Origin: Octopus vulgaris
Taxonomy: Eukaryota
Length of the DNA stretch: 64,000 bases
Reading direction: 5' to 3'
Assembly (NCBI GenBank): GCA_951406725.2
Contig: OX597836.1
Span: 1,364,001-1,428,000 of the forward strand
In this document: in pieces, positions 56,132 to 64,000 of the stretch
How the letters are laid out: each line of letters starts with the position of its first letter
How positions within the stretch are numbered: the first letter of the stretch is position 1
Notes under the pieces: generated by a model
The model's input: only the letters and a program-made list of their open reading frames with translations
Databases searched by the model: none
What the model was told of the DNA's origin: nothing
Position numbers and translations under genes: made by a program

Positions 56132-56217
56132 TATTGGCAAAAAATAAATACACACTCATATTATACACACACAGATTTATGTGTGTGTGTATATAGACAT
56201 ATATATGTGTATGTATA

Positions 56218-56264
<47 letters not shown>

Positions 56265-56384
56265 ATATATATATACATAGACATATATTTATCTATACCT
56301 ACACACACACACACACATATATATACATACATATATATATGTATATGTATATGCATATATATATATATGTATGTATATATATAT

Positions 56385-56417
<33 letters not shown>

Positions 56418-56442
56418 TATGTATATATGTATATATACATAT

Positions 56443-56489
<47 letters not shown>

Positions 56490-56520
56490 CAGCAAAACAA
56501 TTTAGATTCAAATGAATTGG

Positions 56521-56576
<56 letters not shown>

Positions 56577-57339
56577 GGGAAAAGAAAGGAGTGTGTTCGC
56601 ACGCTTGAAACGGGATAGGAAAATTGGTTTGTAAATTCTTCAGTTCAATTTTGTAAACGATTTGTTAAAATGCCAAACCGCTTTCGGCAAGCTTTTGTTT
56701 TTCAGTGGTAAATAAAATAATTTAAGAGAGATTGAAGGTACAAGCGGAACTTCGAAGTAGCCTGGTTAAAAGATCAAATGTTCATACAAATTCCAATGTT
56801 CAGTAAATTTTCCAGAGATAAACAGTAATACGTGTTCATATTTTCGATGAATTTTATAATGGTCACACCTCATTGAAATTTCAATAACACTGAATTAGAT
56901 TAACAGATAATATGATATTTTTTATAAGAGTAGGAACATACAAAAGAAAGAAAAATGTTTTTTTACAATTTCTGTCTCGTTCACGAAGGAGGATTCAAGG
57001 TGGCTGGTTTTACAAGTGAGAGCTTGAAGTATTCCAAGATAAAATTGCTTTGTATTTATTTGGCTACAAATTTAATGACGTCACTCGTTTATGTCCGCCT
57101 ATGGTCTCAACTAATTTTTATCTATGAAGCCCTTTGACTACTATTTTATTCTGCTGGAGTATCCCCCACGCTTTAGCCATTCGATGCTTAAAAATTTATT
57201 TTACAGAAACTTCTTTCAAAATACTTTTTTTCTTTCACCCATTCACTTGAGTAGGTTGAGCTATGTAAGCTGTTAGAAAAAGAAACCCAGTTTCTTGCAA
57301 TACCTATCTATACATACATCTAAAGAAAATTATTTTTAG

Positions 57340-57465
57340 GAGTCCTTAAAATCCCCAGTTTACTACTTTTTGCATGGGACACCCAAAATCTTACTTGCTA
57401 CGTGCCAGCTCCCTAATCTTATATGGATCCAAAGGGGCTATGTGGACCTCGATTGAAAACCCCTG
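57340..57465. mobile_element. Possible hAT MITE end
   Basis: Ends in ttgaaaacccctg, resembling a Charlie-type CAGGGG TIR; the partner TIR was not seen. Confidence 0.35.
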
Positions 57466-57526
57466 GTGTAAATAGTAGCCAAAATACTAGACCAGCAAAT
57501 CTAAACTGAAAGGCATATAAAATAAA

Positions 57527-57743
57527 CTTTTCTATTCTAGGCAGAATGTCCGAAATTTTTGGGGAGGGGGGCCAGTCGATTATATCGACCCCAGTACGCA
57601 ACTGGTACTTAATCTATCGACTCCTCGAAAGGAAGAAAGGCAAAGTCGACCTCGGCGGAATTTGAACTTAGAACGTAAAGACAGATGAAATATCGCTAAG
57701 CATTTCGCCCGGCGTGCTAACGATTCTGCCAGCTCGCCGCCTT
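57527..57743 (-). mobile_element. Full-length family A SINE (tail type 1)
   Basis: Head ggcggcgagctggcagaatcgttagcacgccgggcg, B-box, central domain and tail ...cctagaatagaaaag. Confidence 0.92.
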
Positions 57744-58617
57744 AGGAATACAAAATAATGACTGGTTTTCGAAAACACCGATGAAGGAAGATTATATTTG
57801 TGATGAATACAAAGATTAAACAACTAAAAATCTGGTATAGAATATTCAGTGATAAAAATATCGGGAATAAGTAATACAAATAGCATCAGATTATGAATAA
57901 ATCGGCCGCCAAATGACCATCACCTCTGAAATGTGAGTGAGCTGATGAGTGTGTGTGAGACATGTGCTTTGGTGGCCTCTTGCTAAGCGACATTAAAGAG
58001 AAAATGTTCATATTTATTACCAGTTCCATAAAATGTGTTATAGGGAATCTTAGTTCGGAATTTTGGGGAACAAAGAGTATGTCGCATATTCAGACCCTAT
58101 ACAAATGAATCTCAAATCTGGCGAGTAACGTGAAATAGATGTGGACTTTACAAAATTAGGAATCCGCACGAATGAGGTTCGCTCACATTCATTTCTATAT
58201 TATGCATTCCAGAACGTTTTCGAACGTATTATAGAACGGAATGTTATCGTATCTTCTGCAAGTCTTAGACAACGTTTGTTATCCATGGAATTAAAAAGAA
58301 TCCTTGCCATATATTTTATGACTCAAACCGATGCAAACACACAAACAGACTCGTATAAATATAATGCAAATATGCACATACATATGAACACGCAAAATCC
58401 ACACGCACACGCACACACTCGCATACACAGGGCTAAAATGCTTTATTGGAAACAAGTCCGTTTTCCATAAAAGGTTGTTCAATTTTTTCTAGTTCTGTAT
58501 GGGATTTAATTATTATTGTTATTATTATTATTAATATTATTATTATTATTGTTGTTGTTGTTTTTATTATTATTTTCGCTTGTTTTAGTTATATAGAGGG
58601 ATAGAATTGTCAAATAT

Positions 58618-58819
58618 CTTTTCCCCTCTAGGCACAAGGCCGGAATTTTTTGGGGGAGAGGCAAGTCGATGACAGCGACCCCAGTGCATAACTGGTACTT
58701 AATTTATCGACCCCGAAAGGATGAAAAGTAAAGTCGACCTCGGCGGAATTTGAACTCAGAACGTAACGGCAGAGGAAATACCGCCAAGCATTTCGCCCGG
58801 TGTGCTAACGATTCTGCCA
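58618..58819 (-). mobile_element. Family A SINE (tail type 1)
   Basis: Close match to 57527-57743. Confidence 0.92.
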
Positions 58820-59214
58820 AGTGGAGCGTGTCTTGACTTCCACGCGGTCCCATCGTTTCATTAACGTGCTCAGGGCATGTGTTCAATCTGCTTTGTAACA
58901 TAAAGGTCTATTCTTTGAATATTTTTATATCTTTACTTCCGAATTCTGTATCCAAATGAAGAGGACCTTTGCAGATGACAACGAAAGGACTTTGTTAAGT
59001 ATTTATATCTAAAAGCTTCTTTGCGAAATTAAAACGAATTAAAATGTTGAACAGCGCACTTAGAGCGACCGGTCACTCGGAGAACGACATCTAGCAAAAC
59101 TTTCACCTTTTATATAATACATCTCATTGTTATGGATAAAAGTTTATCCCGAAGTTGAAAAATTGAATATCATATATATTCATCATGCTGAACCGTTATA
59201 CCCTAAATATTTTT

Positions 59215-59356
59215 TTTTTCTGTTTACCATTTTTTCCCTCTTAATCCTTTCTGTGAAATGCGTAGGCTCGACACATTCTTCCTGTGCATTAACCTAATAC
59301 GCTGCTTGTTGTTCCTCTTCACCTGTCTTCGTCTTTTGATCTTTGTAAATTTGAAC

Positions 59357-59358
<2 letters not shown>
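59215..59358 (+). repeat. Dispersed repeat homologous to 12770-12915
   Basis: Shares cgtaggctcga and tgtcttcgtcttttgat. Confidence 0.5.
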
Positions 59359-59395
<37 letters not shown>

Positions 59396-61429
59396 TTGTG
59401 TATATACACACATTAATGTTTGTTTTCATGTTCGTTATAATAAAAACAATTTTACTTTAATCTGAAGGGAGACTCCATGCTTTTGTGGAGTCCAGATTTA
59501 TTGATATTTTACACGAATAGTATTAACAGTGACTTCGAAGTTTCAGCCAATTAAGGCTTCATCGTTTTGATGTGTAGAATTAAAAAGAAAACACACCATA
59601 TATTTTATGTCTCAAATAGTAGCAAACACACAAATAGTGTCACATAAATATAACGCAAAGTCACAAACACATAAGAACATCCCAAATATATACACACACA
59701 AATAAATGCAAACATATATACACTTGACTAAAAAGCTTTATTGATAATAAATATGTTTTCAATACAAAATCGTTTCATCTTTTTTATTCAGTTTTTAGCC
59801 AGAAGTTCTGCATGAGATTCTGTTTTTATTACATGTAGTCTTGTTTGGAATGTTTATACATAACAACAGAATGAAAGCCATGAAAAGTATGATGGGTGTT
59901 GGGTTAAATAAAGCACTCGAATGCGACAAATATCTCAAGATGGAAAGTATGTTGGACACAGGAGCATATTTTAAGGCCGCAATTAATGAACGCATCAGAT
60001 TATTTTGTTACAAAGAAAATCCTATTTTCAATGAGAATCTGACAAAATATGAAAGACATGATGCATTCAAACAAATATGAAAGGATAAAAGCTACGTTTG
60101 CTTTATTAGATCGTGTGATCTGGAAATTTGGACGATCATAAAGGTGCAAGAAGAAGACTCTGGTTATGTGGTGCATTATGTTTTGAGAATACAAGAAAGA
60201 AAGAAAGCTTTTGGAAAGTGGAAGTGAATGAAAAATGAATAAGATTAAAGAAGAAATATTCGTTTTCGTCCAAAGCTACTTTTTGAGATGTAAATTCAAA
60301 TAAGTCTTGAAAGAACTGGAAGTTAGGTGAAAAGAAAATTCTGCTAACACCACATGGCGGCTCCTTGACGTGTGACTTGTAAAGTATTTCTCTGAAAAAG
60401 AGAATATATTTAGTTGCTTCTTATGTAGCAGGCTGGGGAGAAAATCGTGAAAATATGAGTCATTAAAAAAAAAAAAATACTGCTATGAGAATCGCAGAAA
60501 AAGAATGGCAACGAAAAAGATATTAAGAGTTGATATGATAGTCGACTATTCTTAGTCATAGTTTGAGATTCAAAGCTCGTACATAATTTCAAAGAAAAAC
60601 CAAAGGAAAGATTGGTTGAGAACGGCAAAAGTTTGCTCGGTGCAGAAGATGGTGAAAATGTAGGTCACGATTGAAAATGCAAATGGCTCCACGAACAAAG
60701 GTTGCTGATATAAAAATATAAGAATAGCATTAAAGAAAGTATTGTATGTTTTCGTTCCCAACACCACGAGTTCAAATTCAAGTGCATAGGCAGCTAAATA
60801 TACAGGAAGGGGTTTTGTCTCGTCTATAAGCATCACCTCTAGGAAACGATTTGCGGGCATTTTTTTTTTCCATTTAACTGTGTGAAAGGACAACAAATGA
60901 AAAACCATTCAATGTTTTTGGGAATCTATATAGATAAAACAAAAATGCACCAAGCGTTTTATCAGAATATAATATTATTCCTTTATAAGAATGTTATTTA
61001 AACCAGTGTTTCTTGCTGACAATAGCACTTAGTTTATATTCATGAAAAAATACACGAATTTCTCTTTGTTTAAAATTCCTATATATTCTAACATACATAA
61101 GAAGGAATTGTTATTTCTAAATCAATTTGATTTTGCCTTCTGTACAAAATGCAAGAAGCAAAATCGGTTAAAAATAAAAGAAGGTATAGCTACAAGAACC
61201 TGAAAATAATGATGAAATTTGGCGTTCACAAGGTTCAAAACTTACAATTCCTCTTTCTCGAAGACCGAAATGTTTATGTGTTCATGAGTACATTGGTGTA
61301 CGTGGATATGTGTGTGTGCGCGGCTGTACTTTTGTGTGTGTAGTTTTTGTTCTGTGTGTGTATGTATGTGTATGTAAGTTTAGAAATAAATGCATGTAAT
61401 TTGATACAGAATAAAAGACATAATTGAAA

Positions 61430-61758
61430 TTAATATGAACAAGTCAAATTTTGCAACGCCACTGCATCATATACGAAAATTACATCGCTTAAGTGGCAGC
61501 CATTTTCGGACTCGCACGTCCGTGCTCTTTCCAGAACCTGCACCATAACACCGTCAAGAGTTTTATACCACACTTCTCCGATTTTTCTATTGTCGTTCTC
61601 CTTCAGTAGGACTAGGGTCTCCGTTATGTTGACGTAAACCCTCTCTTTCAGATATCCCCACAAGAAAAAGTCCGGGCTGGTCAAGTCTGGGGAACGTGAA
61701 GGTCATTCAAAGGAGACCTCACATATGGCAAGACGGCGCAACTGCTACGGCAGTGCTT

Positions 61759-61825
<67 letters not shown>

Positions 61826-61925
61826 GTCCCGCTGCGGCAAAGTCAATTTGCCTTCACCATGCATTTATTTGAAAACTTAAGTTATTAAAGATTTAAACCA
61901 TCAGGGACTTTTGGGACATGCTGTA
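61430..61925 (-). mobile_element. Deleted IS630-Tc1-mariner element (transposase C-terminus and one TIR)
   Basis: RSPDLTSPDFFLWGYLKERVY...VLERARTCESENGCHLSDVIF; TIR-like tacagcatgtcccaaaaagtcc at about 61904-61925; (AG)n inside. Confidence 0.85.
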
Positions 61926-62014
61926 TATGTATGTATATATATACATACATACATATATATATATATAAATATATATAAACACACGTACATACGTATACAT
62001 ATATACATACATAT

Positions 62015-62070
<56 letters not shown>

Positions 62071-62078
<8 letters not shown>

Positions 62079-62304
62079 ACGTTATGTAATTAGGGTTCAG
62101 TCAAATAATTTACTTTACCACACACCGAACTTTTAAAAATAGCAGCCCCAAAATCTTAGCTATTTCTTCTACGATAAGAAAAATCTCCCAGACAAAGTAT
62201 ACGTAGAAGAAATAGCTAAGATTTTTGGGCTGCTATTTCTAAAAGTTCGGCGTGTGGTAAAGTAAATTATTTAACTGAACCCTAATTATATAACGTAATG
62301 TTTT
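62071..62304. repeat. Inverted repeat: about 103-bp arms, 28-bp spacer
   Basis: 62071-62173 pairs with 62202-62304 with a few mismatches; abuts (AT)n. Confidence 0.92.
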
Positions 62305-62792
62305 AAGTATACCTTAAATGGTCTTTTTACATACTGAACACTACTTGGTAAAATTAAGTAATAATTAATTAATTTTACCCTTTTATTATTGATATATATA
62401 TGTACATGCATACATACACGCGTATATAAATGGATAGATACGTATATAAACACAGCGAGTGAAGTAAAATATGTACATAAGCACACACGCGCACACATGA
62501 TATGGTGTAGTTTTATGACTACAGACAACACCTGTTTTTCTATGATCACCATATACACATAGATATGTTCTTGAAAGTATAAGACACACAATGTCTGCAC
62601 GAATCTTTATACATAGCCACACACACATGACATTCATACAAACACGCAAACATACACATTTACCCATATGCACATACACACATCTATCTATCTATATATA
62701 CATACATATATACATATATATAGGCATATATAAACATATAGATATACATATATACATATATATATACACATACACATATATACATACATATA

Positions 62793-62882
<90 letters not shown>

Positions 62883-63248
62883 GCTACATATATATATGTG
62901 AGTGTGTGTGTTCGCGCGCTCATACACGCACACATGTATGTTCGCCGCTCCCACACTGTCTCACATACATTCACACTTCACACACACACACGCGCCTACC
63001 GCCATACGTAGATCGATTGCTTATTTACACATGCGCACACGCAAATAAATCCGAGAATCGCACCACCCGCCCGCCCACTGCCCCTCCCCTTAAATAATAG
63101 CGATAACCACGTCACCCGTTTCCAATGGTTCACATAGTGTCTTATCTCACTTGGAAGGATTAAAACATTCTCGCACTAATCCCTGCTCCAATAGACACTG
63201 TCACCAGTATCGAGAACATCATCAGCCGAATGACCACTATCAGTGTCA

Positions 63249-63249
<1 letters not shown>

Positions 63250-63280
<31 letters not shown>

Positions 63281-63566
63281 CCACCACCACCAACACCACC
63301 ACCACCAACACCACCACCACCAACACCATCACCACCACCACCACTACCACCACCACCAACACCACCACTACCACCACCACCACCACTAACAACACCAATA
63401 CCATCACCACCACCACCACCATCACCACCATCACCGCCACCACCATCATCCACCACCACCACCAACAACAACAACAACACCAACACCATCACCACCACCA
63501 CCAACACCATCACCACCATCACCACCATCACCGCCATCACCGCCATCACCGCCACCACCATCATCC

Positions 63567-63597
<31 letters not shown>

Positions 63598-64000
63598 CCA
63601 ACACCACCACCACCACCACCAACACCACCACCACCACCACCACCACCACCAACAACCACCACCACCATCACCACCATCACCACCACTACCACCACCAACA
63701 ACAACAACAGGACGACGACGACGACAGCAACAATAACAACGCAAACACAATGAACCCCACAACTGAAATGAATAACAAATATACAGCAGGAAGAACAGCA
63801 GCAGCAGCAGCAGCACCACCATCCACCACCACCACCACCATCCACCACCAGTACCATCATCAATAAGGAACGCACCATCGTTAACACCAACGATCAAAAC
63901 AACCATAACAACAACTACAATACTAAAACTTATCCGTATCTACGCCACCACCATCACCACTACAAACACCAGTGAAGCCTGTACTACCACAGCAACCGCC
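63250..64000. repeat. (CCA)/(CAA)/(CAT) low-complexity tract with internal duplication
   Basis: Visible; produces poly-P/T/H/G/V ORFs in many frames. Confidence 0.95.

Noticed and set aside
63151-63906. Extensin-like or His/Gly-rich protein
   Set aside because: CCA-type low-complexity DNA open in nearly all frames, with no splice or codon evidence.

Overview
This is a very AT-rich, microsatellite-saturated eukaryotic window with no convincing host protein-coding exon, rRNA, true tRNA or CRISPR array. The SINE families and simple-repeat content point to an octopod cephalopod intron or intergenic region (inference). Almost all listed ORFs are microsatellite artefacts. Supported content: two tRNA-derived SINE families (about 14 copies), decayed LINE fragments (RTE, CR1-like, Dong/R4), Penelope-like (PLE) RT and GIY-YIG fragments, mariner/Tc1 and hAT transposase remnants, an exact 480-bp tandem duplication and several foldback elements. 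The most notable signal is a set of minimal type I hammerhead ribozyme (HHR) motifs. A near-perfect palindrome at 50577-50904 encodes an intact HHR core on each strand, another intact core lies at 29441-29528 (-), and about 7 degenerate copies are scattered through the window. Edges of decayed elements are approximate, and family names come from motif recognition, not database searches.
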